Source of the DNA: Octopus sinensis
Lineage: Eukaryota
DNA length: 64,000 nt
Direction of reading: 5' to 3'
Assembly: GCF_006345805.1 (NCBI RefSeq)
Contig: NC_042997.1
Coordinates: forward strand, 170,128,001 to 170,192,000
A program made the position numbers and the translations under genes. Positions within the stretch are counted from its first letter, which is position 1. Each line of letters begins with the position of its first letter. This document shows positions 41,501-54,000 of the stretch, in pieces. The notes beneath the pieces are model-generated. The model was not told the origin of the DNA. It saw nothing but the letters and a program-made list of their open reading frames with translations, and did not search any database.

Positions 41501-44500
41501 TATTATATATAAAATCAAATAAGTGATATTTAAAACTCATGCTACTCTTTTCTGTTTTACTTTTAGTATAATTTGTATTTTTAGTTTTGATGAATTTTTA
41601 TTCAAATATTTCAATATTTGTTACTTTCTAGTTCATATACAACAAAATCTGGAAGATGATATTGTGAAAGAAGCTTTGAAAACAGTGAGTAAATATTTTC
41701 TGAAATTAATTTAAGAACCCTTCCATACAGGCATCTTAGTATTCACTCCTTTGTTTCAGTTATTAATTGTGCATATGTGAAATTTTTTCTCCTTAAGCAG
41801 TATTTTATTTTTATTTTATAGGGTGTTGATCTCAGACAATATTCCAAGCAAATAGAGAAAGAATTATTAGAGGTTGAAAATGCTTCTATACAGGGATGTA
41901 TCCTTTTCATGATATTGTATGTTTTATTTACATGATTTTCATTCTAAACTGTTTTGTCAATGTTTAAACATAATAATGATGTTTGCTTGGTATAATGATT
42001 TGGATATGTTGGCTGTATATTTTTTGTTACATTTTTACTTCCATTTAGATTAGGCAGTTTGGAAAAAAATTAAACATTTGCTTTAATGGATAAAATAAAT
42101 TTTTTGGTTCTACATCTGTTGTATTACCAGACATTTCAGAATGGTACCTGTTGTTACTGAGGTAAACCAAAGCAAGAAGTTATACATGTTCTGGTTAAGT
42201 GCCCAATACAATGATTGTAGTAAAATTTGATTTCAAGAGCATAGGATTTGTATCTTATCAAAATGTAAACTGTTCCTCTGTCATGAATTGCACTGAAACC
42301 TAAATCCCAACTCTTTGAGAAGCTGATACATTTATGGTTAGATTTCTTTCTGTTGCCAACTATGGAATGAAAGAAAGAAAGAGGCTGATATTATGGTAAT
42401 TGGGACACAACTTAGTCACTCTATTGACTTAACTAACTATAACTATCTTGAAAAGAGAAAGAAGTGTCTATGTATAGTTAGGTTGACACTGAGATGAAAA
42501 TCAACATTTATATTTGCTTGTGCATTTCAGCAATCTGCCTGTTTCAAAATGCATAAAGCATAAAGTTTTATACTATTTGAAGTATGTAAAATATACTTAT
42601 CAGACACTGTTTTATGGTGTAAGTTCTATAATATTTATTATTTTTTGAAATGAAAATAAATATCATGAATTTTATTCTTCATTTAATATTATTGAAGGTA
42701 TTTATTATTTTCTGAGAACTTTAGAGTCTTGAATCTGCCAAATGGCAAGTTGAGGTATTTATAATTCTCTAAAGAAATTAGTGAAGTTTGATGGATTAAA
42801 ATAGTTCTAACGATAAATCAAAACCATGTTGCAGAACCAATTTTTTTGTGACATTTGCCCTTAACTGCATTTAAAGATATCAAAGAGAGCCAAAATATTG
42901 CCAGTCTTCACAAACAGATAGCAGCATGTGATACCATCCTAGAGGTAATTTCTATAATTTCCACACATATTATTGATGTTTATTTCTTCACTCTTTTTAT
43001 TTCTTGTACTTTTGCCCACACTGTGTAGTTTTGTGGGGTAATGATAAATTTAGCTGTGGGTGAATGGTACTTCTTTATTCCAACTGATATACTATTCTTC
43101 AGTATTCGACAACACATGACATCACACTATAAATGCAACTAGTAGATGTTACTTATAGGGCCTGCATTGAGCAAACACATCGTCAGACAATCAAAACAAA
43201 AATAAAATCTGATTGTCTGATGATATGTTTACTCTGTTGGCCCTATAAGTTGCATCAACTAATGGCTTATCTATAGTGTGAGATCTTGTTTTACTAAAAC
43301 ATGTAAAAATTGGCATAAAGAAGTGTCACATTCTATCCATGCTCTTTTCTCTTATTTTATATACAACAGGGTGTATAAATGTGCTTTTCACACAGTTATA
43401 AGAGTTTGAACTCTTATTTCTAGCAATAATTCTGCTTCTAGCACCCACAGTCACAATTAGTGATGACTAAATTTTTCCTATATGGCTTTATATAGTGGTT
43501 AGCTGCTGACATTAATTTTTAGTATACACATCGACATTTTGCCAAATCAGCCATAAATTTATATGGTAAATATATATGTTGACAGAGGAATTTAGCTGTT
43601 CCATCAAAGCAATGGAGTCCTAATTACTGGATGAAACTATAGTCCTCTGATGTATCTTTGCTCATGGGACAGTTATCTATCCTATCAGTGTATATAAATC
43701 TGCTTTTCGTGCAGCTATAAGAGTTTTAACTCTTATTTCTAGCAATAACTGTACTTTTAGCACCCACAGTTACAATTAGTGTTGACTGAATTTTTCCTTT
43801 ATGGCTTTGTATTGTGGCTAGCTACTTACATTAATTTATATATATATATATATATATATATATCATCATCATCATTTAATGTCCGTTCTCCATGCTAGCA
43901 TGGGTTGGACGGTTCGACCGAGGATCTGGGAAGCCAGAAGGCTGCACCAGGCTCCGGTCTTATCTGGCAATGTTTCTACAGCTGGATGCCCTTCCTAACG
44001 CCAACCACTATATATATATAGGCTTGGTGATCAATTATTCCGGCACCAGAGAGAAATAGAAAAGTTCCTGGTGGTAGATGGGTTTTTTGATGTCTGTTTT
44101 CCATATCTGAAAGACTGTTTGATTATTTATATTTACAACACAGAAAAGAGAGAAGACAAAACAGAGAAAAATAATTTCACTGATTTATGAATCTTAAACT
44201 ATTTCAATTGCAGAGGATGGAACAAATGTTAAATGGTTTCCAGGCTGATTTAAGTAGTATCAGTAATGAAATTCAAACATTACAAGAACAGTCGATTGCC
44301 ATGAACATCAAACTCAAGAATAGACAGGTTAGTACCAATATTAGATTTCAATTTCCTTTTATTCATTTATAGTTATCAATAAGAACCACAGCAATCTGAA
44401 TTCCTTGGGTGCTGATTGGTGAGTCAAAGTTTTGGCAGTTTTGCCCTGTCACCAGTGCAGTTTTGTCCTTCTACCAAACATGTAATGCTGAATGACTCAA

Positions 44501-47500
44501 TAACTTATTTGTAAATAGATGTGATGTGTGGCTGCAGTCTGTCACAAGAAGCTGTGCAACACTGGAAACAAGTGTTTCGTTAATTTGAAGTATTAAGTAA
44601 ACATTGTCCAATCAATGAAATGTGCAGTAGATTTGTGTGTTTCTTTCTAAGTGGGGGATGTCTCTCAGACATTTGCTGCTGTATAAGCTGGGGTAAGATT
44701 CTACATATCTTACCTGCCATGAGGAGACACATTACAGAAGTAGGAAACATACATTTCCTATTTTGACTTTAGTGAAACCTGAAGTTAGTAAATTTATTAA
44801 AGAATTATTCAAGTATAATGAGTTATATATAATGAGTGTTGGATGTTATAAAGTAAAATATTTACACTTGGTTTGCAGCCTCATTTTCCATTATAAATCT
44901 GAGGCCTTGTATATGTATAATCATTTGATAATGCAATGTTGTAAGGTAGTTTTACTCATATTCATATATTTAGCATCATGATCTTCATTTTACATATGCT
45001 TTTCTATAATGGTATGGGTTGGATGGGTTATTAGGGTTCAGGTAAGTTATTTTTATCATTGCTTGTTAAGTTTCATATTTGGTATGGTTTCTACTGCTGG
45101 ATGGCCTTCTTATTACCAACTACTTTACTGAGTGAACTGGGTGCATTTTATTATGGCACCAACACTAGAAAGGTGTCTTACCCAAGCAAAAGTAAAGAAT
45201 CCTTTCTCTTTACATTGTCTCCATTCATTCATTCATTCATTCATTCCTTTCTTTTCCACACAACTTGGTGTGTAGAAAGGGGAATTTTTTACTAAATCAT
45301 TGGTACTGTTGTGCATTACTATCTCTAATCACATAGGTAGCATGCTGTAAGAAAGGAGTTATAGAAGTGATAGGGTGGGAGTATGATAGAGAAAATGATG
45401 GAGAGAGTAATGAAGAAAGGTCATAGTGAAACGAGAGAGAGAGAAAAACATAAGAGGAAGAGGAAGTGATAGGAACCTTTCTGATTTTCTGTATGTAAAT
45501 TTTTCATGCTACCTCAAACAATAATCCATTAAACATAACTTCATTGTTTCAGGCTGTGCGGGGAGAACTGAGTCAGTTTGTTGACGAAATGGTAATTCCT
45601 GAGAGTATGGTGTCGTAAGTAACTTACATATAATACATACGTTTTATCCAAAGGTCAGTGTTTCAATCAAGAGTTCATGAACTAATCAATCTTCATCACT
45701 GTCATAGAATCTCTTGCAAGTAATCAATTCTTATAAGCTGACAGGAGCGTTAGCCATTTTTGTACATCAAAGAAGAAAAACTGATGTGAAAATAATTAAA
45801 CTTCTTTAAGGTTCAAATATATTGGGATCTCATAATTTCCTCTTTTAGTGTTGACATACCAAAATGTTAAGGTATCCTTTGTCTAACATGGAACACACTA
45901 TTGTGTATACATAACTGAATTAGGAACCAAGGCCTGGATACAAGAATTCAGTGTAATACTCATCAACATTATCATAATTTTCTATCTGCTTTTTCATGCT
46001 GGCATGAATTGCATGAGTCACATTGCATTTTACCACTCATTGCAGTCCTTGATACACACAAAAGGTCCCTTTTGGATATTTTTATCTATAATTATTGTTT
46101 TCTTAGATAGGTTACAGAATCCCCACCTTCTCTTTTTGTTCCTTTTCATTTTTTTTGGCTTGGTTTTTACTGCAGGGTGTCCTTCCTATCGTCTGAACTG
46201 GGTGCAGTTTATTCTACCAACAGCATTTGAAAAATTACCCATAGCAAGACTAAAGTGTCTTCTCTTCTCTGCATTAATCTTTTTGTTATTGTTGTTCTCT
46301 GAGAGGGATTGCATCCACTATGTCTTGCAGAGTCCACAATATCTCTATTTAGTTATTCCTTTCAAGAGATAATTTGGGACACAGGGCTAAAGCTGAATGT
46401 TGTATTGGCTTCCTGGAATATTTTCACTGGCTCATAAAATGATTTGAACTGCAAGTTTACAAAACATTTATTTTTTATACAATCCTTGTCATAGTATCAA
46501 TTAAGCACCAGATACACTGACATTTTATTGATTGTTAAATATATTATATTTTATAGTTTATGAATAAGAGTTCTTAATCTGAAGTTTGACAATTAAAGCA
46601 AAGATAATGTTACTGTGTAACTTTGGCCTTGATTGTCTTCCATAACATGTTTATTATAAATATATTCCTCCATAGGCACAAGCCACACAAGCTGGGAGAG
46701 GAGTACATTTGACTGTATCAACTACAAACTTAGACTAGTTCATATATGTTTCCAGCATGCTGTCCTTAGAATATAAATGTATATAATTATGGTGCTATAT
46801 TAATTCTGTCAGCCATGACTTTCAGTTTTGTATAGAAATAAATGAAAGTATATAGGGAAAATTCAATGAAATACTGTTTTATGAGAAATAGTAAATATAT
46901 AGAAGTGCCAGTGGCACATAAAAAGCTCCTCTCAAGTGTTGGGCTTCACAAAGGCAATAACCAAGACCTATGACATTATCTTGTGCTTGAGAAGAAGACC
47001 CATCAAGCCAAGTAAAATCACAGTCATAGCAGTTACCAGTGTCACACAAATGGCACCCATGCCGGTGCTACGTAAAAGCACCCACTACACTCTTGAAGTG
47101 GTTGGCGTTAGGAAGGGCACCCAGCCCTAGAAACCATGCTAAATCAGACTGGAGTCTGGTGCAGCCTTCCAGGTTGCCAGCCCTGGTCAAACTGTCTAAC
47201 CTATGCCAGCATGGACAATGGAAGCTAAATGATGATGATGATGATGATAGAAGTATGATTGGAATCCAGTGTAAATTATAGACACCCAAGAGGTTGGATC
47301 ACAGGTAGGCTGGCAGAGAAGGTGGAGTTCATATGTGATCTTAGAGGATAGTAACTCCAAATAAATAACTGACTCTGATCATGACAACTAGCACGGAAAA
47401 GAGACATAAAATAATGATGCTGATAAGAAATATAAAGGGTTCTTTTTTATTTGCTGGCATCTGCTGATGATTCACTTTAATTTATTTTTGTATTTTAGAT

Positions 47501-48521
47501 GTTGTAGGAAGGTGGTTTCTGTAGCTTTGCTTCTGAGTTTATTCACTTTCACTATTCTTACAGTGTCTGTGTTTTTTTTTTTTAACCTTTCAGCATAATT
47601 GAAATCTGAATGTAATTTTTCTGTGAACAGACATATCGTGGATACCCCAGTGACTGAGCGAGAATTTATGGAACAACTGAATGAATTGAATCATAAAATA
47701 AATTTTGTCAAGGAACAGTCGTTTAAAGAGGCTCGCTCTTGCCAGGATGTCCGTGATATTCTTGAAAAACTCAAGACTAAGGTATATTACTAAACTAATC
47801 AAAAGCATCTGACATAATTATTCATTTACATGTTGTGAATCATTGTTATCGTTTTAAAACTTGCAAGTTTCTATTTTATTAACTATAACATATCTCTTAC
47901 GTTGATACATTGAAGAAGGATATAGTTGATTGAATCAACGCTAAGAGTTGCTGAAGCATGGAACAAACTGCCGGCACCAGTTGTTAGTTGTCGGAGCACT
48001 GTATCCTTCAAAACTTCCATGCTTCCTGAGATTCACCAACACTACACCTGATTTTCTCCCCTCCATACACACGCAAGCATGTATCTGACTCATACACTGT
48101 TCACTTTCATTGTTCACTTGTACATTACTGCGTATGCTTTATACGCACTTTTGACAAGTTGTGGTGCACCTGAGCACTGTATACAATTTCATTATTATTA
48201 GCAGGTGTTTATTTATTGGGTATCAGAACAAGAAAAGGCAAATTGTGTGATATCATTTGAACTCCAAATACTATAAGACAGTATTAAATATTATATTAAT
48301 GGCATTCCCCTGTGTCTGTCTCTGAATCACCTATTTTTAACTGTGACAAAAATAATAACCATTTTTATATTTCTACAAGGTTATTGGACTATAACTATGT
48401 TGGGGGTAATGTTTTCGAGGTACTCAATTTATCAGGTTGTTTACCGGAGTTATGTCCCTTCCAGAAAATTATTCCTCCGTCACTTCGAATTTAAATGCAA
48501 CAATTATGCAGTCTCTCTCTC

Positions 48522-48568
<47 letters not shown>

Positions 48569-50520
48569 GAGGCTTCGTACAATTTCTGTCAACCAGCTCC
48601 ATATATACACAAAAGTAATCAACCTACCCGATTATCATATAAGACACTTGTCCAAGATGTCATGCGTTAGGTTCGAACCCAGTACTACGTGATTACGAAG
48701 CAAATTTCGTAAGTCATCTAAAGTTCTTTTATATTTTTAGGCTTTAAGCAAAATACGGGAATACCTTCTTCAGAAGATTTACTCATTTAGGAAACCGATG
48801 ACCAATTACCAAGTACCTCAAAACACTATGCTTAAATTCAGGTCGGTTGCTACCTTTCTGTTGCATTTTTTTTCTTTATTTTTGGAAGTGTATTTTGTAA
48901 GGAATTTGATATTGAGATAAATGTGGAGAATGGCAACGTCATTTGCAAAAAGTGTAGAATGTATAAAAACATCAATAAAATAATGTTTGCAATTTTTTTT
49001 TAGTCCAAGGTATACTTAGGTAACTTACAAGTATTTAATTAGAAAAAAAAACATTATAAAAAAATCCAATTAATTTTCATATATCATGATGTATGATTCA
49101 GTCGTACCTTTGTAAGTATTAAGCCAAAAAAAAAAAAAAAAAAAAGATAATTTGAAAACTTAGAAGTATCTAATTAGAAATGACATAAAAATATTGTAAG
49201 AGTAGAAATCTCAAAACGATGCTATTAGTAAATGATAATTTACTTTCGTTTTGGGATTTCAAAGAAAACATTTCTTTTTTTTTTTTGCATTCCCCATTTA
49301 TTGGAAATTGCGCTACAATTCCCCACACTTGCTGACATTTATAATGTAGAAGCCCTGTGTTTTGTGGTTATGAAGTATATGTTAACCCTCAATTCAGCGC
49401 TGATTGTATAGACCTATGATCAAAAAGCGTTCCAGTAATAAGCATTTCGTATTTTAGTTTGAAGATGTTAAGGGTGTGCTTGGAAAGATATTTTACTGCT
49501 ATTTCTAGCAGGTGCAATTACTACTCAAAAAATTATCTTGACCTGCGTACTGATTAGTAATTACGGAGTTGTGTCCCTTAATTATTTCTTTTTAGTGATA
49601 TTTAGCGCCCATACGCTTTAGCATAGCAAGGGAAGTCACTATGTTAAATCACAATCCACGTTTATAACGAGGATTGAAGATGAAGTAGTGTTGTTATTTA
49701 CACTCTATAAGTATGTGAGACAATGTTGTGTATGTATTAGTGTGTGTGTGTATATATTTATTTTATCTAGTTTCAGCTCACGAGCTGTGGCCATGCTGGG
49801 GCACCGCCATTTCAAACAATATATATATATAACTTATAAATAAGGGCAAACGAAAAAAATTTCTAATGCCAAATATGCCGAAATTAGACACCCTGTCCAT
49901 AACCATATAATTTTTCACAATACGCACGCTATTCAAAAAAAGGTCGACAGAAATCTCTAAAAAAATTTCATTATTACCACATTGGACAAGTATCTCATTT
50001 ATTTCTTTGCCATATTTATCACTGATGAAGGGAGGGTTCTTACGAACTAACCCTGAAATCGGTCCGATGTGGTCATAATGGAATTCTTTAGAGATTTCTG
50101 TCGACCTTTTTTTGAGTAGCATGTGTATTGTGAAAAATTATATGGTTATGGACAGGGTGTCTAATTTCGGCATATTTGGCATTAGAAATTTTTTCGTTTG
50201 CCCTTATTTATAAGTTGTTTATGAATTTAACCTTTAAAGGTATTTTTTAATATGCTGGCCATTGATGAAATTTTTTTTTCGAAAAAATTTTATCCTACAT
50301 TAAATATATATATATATATTTGTTGAAATGGAAAGATGAATTTTCTTGTTACGGATTATTCAAAAGTTTAACCGATACCTGGGTAGCAAAAATCACCTGC
50401 AATATGGTATCCTTATTAATCAGAATTTGGAAAATTGTGGCCTTTGAAACATGTATAGAATGTAATAAAAGGAATTCTGTACAATCTTCGTTCAACTCCA
50501 TTTCTTCATTCACTAATATA

Positions 50521-50558
<38 letters not shown>

Positions 50559-51045
50559 CACCTAAATGTAGCTAACCCTTAAGGGTCGATGCTACTGTAG
50601 CTTGTAGCCCCAGGAAGACATCTCCTCCAGCTAGCTATTGACACACTATCTGTGCCCTGGTGGCAAATATACTTCACGATGACAGAGATTTATCATTGCT
50701 TGTTTGCACTTTTTCAAGATCAGTGACTTTTCGTCACTGGAAAAAGTATATATATTTGCATTGAGAACCACTTCTCATGGCCAACCAGTGGTTGTCACAC
50801 ACTGATGACAGATTAGTATCCAGAAACTCGGGTTCGTGTGTATCACGTCAGGCTGGAGATGGTAACGATGACTTCCCTTTGCAAATACTGATAGGGCACA
50901 GATAGTGTGTCAATAGCTAGGGAGGAGATATCTTCCTGGGGCTACAAGCTATAGGAGCATCGACTCTTAAGGGTTAGCCACATTTAGGTGGCAAATATAC
51001 TTCATGATGTCGTGCAGCTACTGTTTATAACTTGCTCAGAGATTT

Positions 51046-51090
<45 letters not shown>

Positions 51091-54000
51091 AGTAAATCAT
51101 AAATCCAAAATAGAAACACACTCTAAGTTATAGAGCAGTAGAGTATACAGATAAAGATAGATATGGGCAGTCTATGGGGTTACCCTGGGTTTCACATCCA
51201 TAATAGCTGGTCTCTAGTGTACTCTGGGTTTCACGTCCCTAATGCGTATAGCTTTACAGCATTTATTCAGACTCTAAAGCCCATTGGTCTATGGCTTTTC
51301 TAGCCATAGGCTAGAGGGTTTTAGGGTTTGAAGAAATGCTGTAAAGCTAAATACTTTATGGACGTGAAATCCATGGTAACCCCATAGACTGGCCATTTCT
51401 ATCTTTATCCATGCATGCATGCATGTTAATATTGACTTCAAGTTAATTTTGTTATCTTCATTAGAAAGCAAGTAAGGTGAAACTTCGAAGTTACTGTCAA
51501 TTTATTTTTCCTTGTAAAATCCAAATAAATATGATGTATTCTTTAAATATCTTGAGTGATCCTTTCATTAATGTTTTACAGTTATATATAATCTCATTTG
51601 GCAAATACTCTACTGAAAATTTACTTCAGTTGAACATTATAGGTATGTCTGTTTGTCTTGCTAGGTTCTTCAATGAATTCCTCATGAGCCATGAAAGACA
51701 AGTAGCCAAAGAGATTCGTGATGAATATGTGGACACTATGAGCAAAGTTTATTATTCTTATTTTAAAGGATACACAAGTCGACTCATGAAACTTCAGGTA
51801 TTCTTTTATGGTTTATTATTTACATATTTATCTAGCAAGATTTTCCAAAAATAATTATTTTAAATGAAGGGAACTATGGATTCAGCTAATTATTAAAAGT
51901 TTTAGCTGATGAATATGAAAAAAAGAGAGGGCTCCATGAAGACTGCAAATGTTCTCACCATCCCTACCCCTCCCTACCCCTAGTCTCGACCTATGTAAGG
52001 TAATGTTCATACAGTGCAAAATATGAAAGGCTAGCGTTATGCAGGTTGTACTGAAGGCTACTTTACTACTTCATTTCTTGCACATGAATTCTGCCAAATG
52101 CGAGCTTTCTTTTCAGGTACACGAAGCTACTGTCCACCGTCCCAGGGTCTCTAGAGCCCATGCCTCCCACACCTCAACGTTGGCACTCTGAAAGGTAGGT
52201 CTGGTGAGATAGTCGAGATGCTTGAACGGAGATGTGTGGATATATGTTGCATGCAAGAAATAAGGTGGAGAGGAGATCAGCTAGGTTCCTCACAGGCAAG
52301 GAACGCAGGTACAAGATTTTCTGGGCAGGGAACACTGACGGGGTTGGTGGCGTGGGTATACTTATCGCTGAGAAATGGGTAGATAAAGTAATTGAGGTAA
52401 TCAGAGTATGTGACAGAATACTTAAGATTAGATTAGTGCTTCATCATAGTTTAGCAACCATTATATCAGCCTATGCTCCTCAGTCGGGGCTACCCGATGG
52501 ACAGAAAGACCGATTCTATGACACTCTACTGCAGACTACCTCGTTGACGAACGACAGAGACCTTATCTTTGTGGCTGGTGACTTCAATGGTCACGTTGGA
52601 CGACATGCTGGGGGCTTCCATGGCGTACATGGAGGCTATGGCTATGGCTCCCGCAACGAGGAGGGAACCAGGCTGCTGGAGTTCTGCGATGCAAATAATC
52701 TTATGATTTGCAACACTAACTTCAGGAAACCTACCAGCCACCTAGTCACTTACCAATCGGGCCAACATACCAGCCAAATTGACTACATCCTTACAAGGCA
52801 AAGGGAGAGATGGCTGCTTATAAATGCCAAAACCTTCCAGGTGAAGAATGTACCCCACAACATAGACTGGTAGTTAGTGACTTTAGGATCAGGACTAGGA
52901 GGACAACCAGAAGACGACAAATATGGAGAAGAAGGATCTGGAAGCTTAAAGATCCTGCAAATGGACAGAGATTTAGGGACATATTACTTGAAGCCTCTGA
53001 CGAAGTAGAAGGGGATAGAGCATCACAGGGGGTAGAAGACAGCTGGACGTTTCTAAGGGACAACCTGCTGAGAGCCACTGACCAGATCTGTGGCTGGTGC
53101 AAAGTCCCCTCTCGACCTAGAATAACGTGGTGGTGGAACAATATTGTAGACAGGGCTATTAGAGAAAGAGACAGGCTTGGAAGGTCTGGAAAAATGGGGG
53201 TAGCAGGGGATTGTATCAGACTGCCAAAAGAGAAGCTAGGAGACAGGTTTATTTAGCCAGAGGGGAAGCAGATAAGAAAAAATTTGCCAATGTTCTGCGC
53301 CGTGAGGACCAAAGACTGGAGGTGTTTCGTGTTGCAAGACAGTGTGTGAGAGAGAATCGTGATGTGGTGTAGGAGAGAAGTGTGTTCGCATGGAAGATGG
53401 TTCACTTGCGCTAAATGAGGATGCAAAGAGAGAGGTTTGGAGATGCCACTATGAAAGGTTGCTGAATGAAGAAAATGAATGGGATAAAGAGAGTCTGCCG
53501 AATGTTGACCCAACAGAGGGACCAGCTATCCGAGTTGATAGTTCCGTGGTAGCTAAGGCAATTAGAAGCATGAAGACAGGGAAGCCCCAGGCCCATCAGG
53601 AATCACTGCAGAGATGCTCAAAATGTCTGGTAGTGTCGGCTATAGCCTAGTCACCCGTATAGTTAATCAGGTGATACACAAAGGGGTCATACCCAATGAC
53701 TGGTGTAGCAGTATAATAGTCAACTGCTACAAAGGTAAAGGTGATGCCCTAGATACAAATAACTACAGAGGTATCAAGCTGTTGGACCAGGTGATGAAGG
53801 TTACGGAGAGGGTCATAGCCCAACTAATTAGAGAGAGAGTTAGTTTAGATGAGATGCAGTTTGGGTTTGTGCCAGGGAAAAGTACTACTGATGCTATATT
53901 CCTGGTAAGGCAGCTGCAGGAGAAATACCTAGCCAAAGATAAGCCCCTGTACCTGGCTTTTGTTGACATGGAGAAAGCCTTCGACAGGTCCCCCGATCCC

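Noticed and set aside
45872-45882. GTATCCTTT strings here and near 59009
   Set aside because: Mid-intron, with no adjacent coding exon or matching branch site.
49778-50122. 114-aa minus-strand ORF
   Set aside because: Runs through an inverted-repeat arm and a SINE end; no recognisable protein motif.
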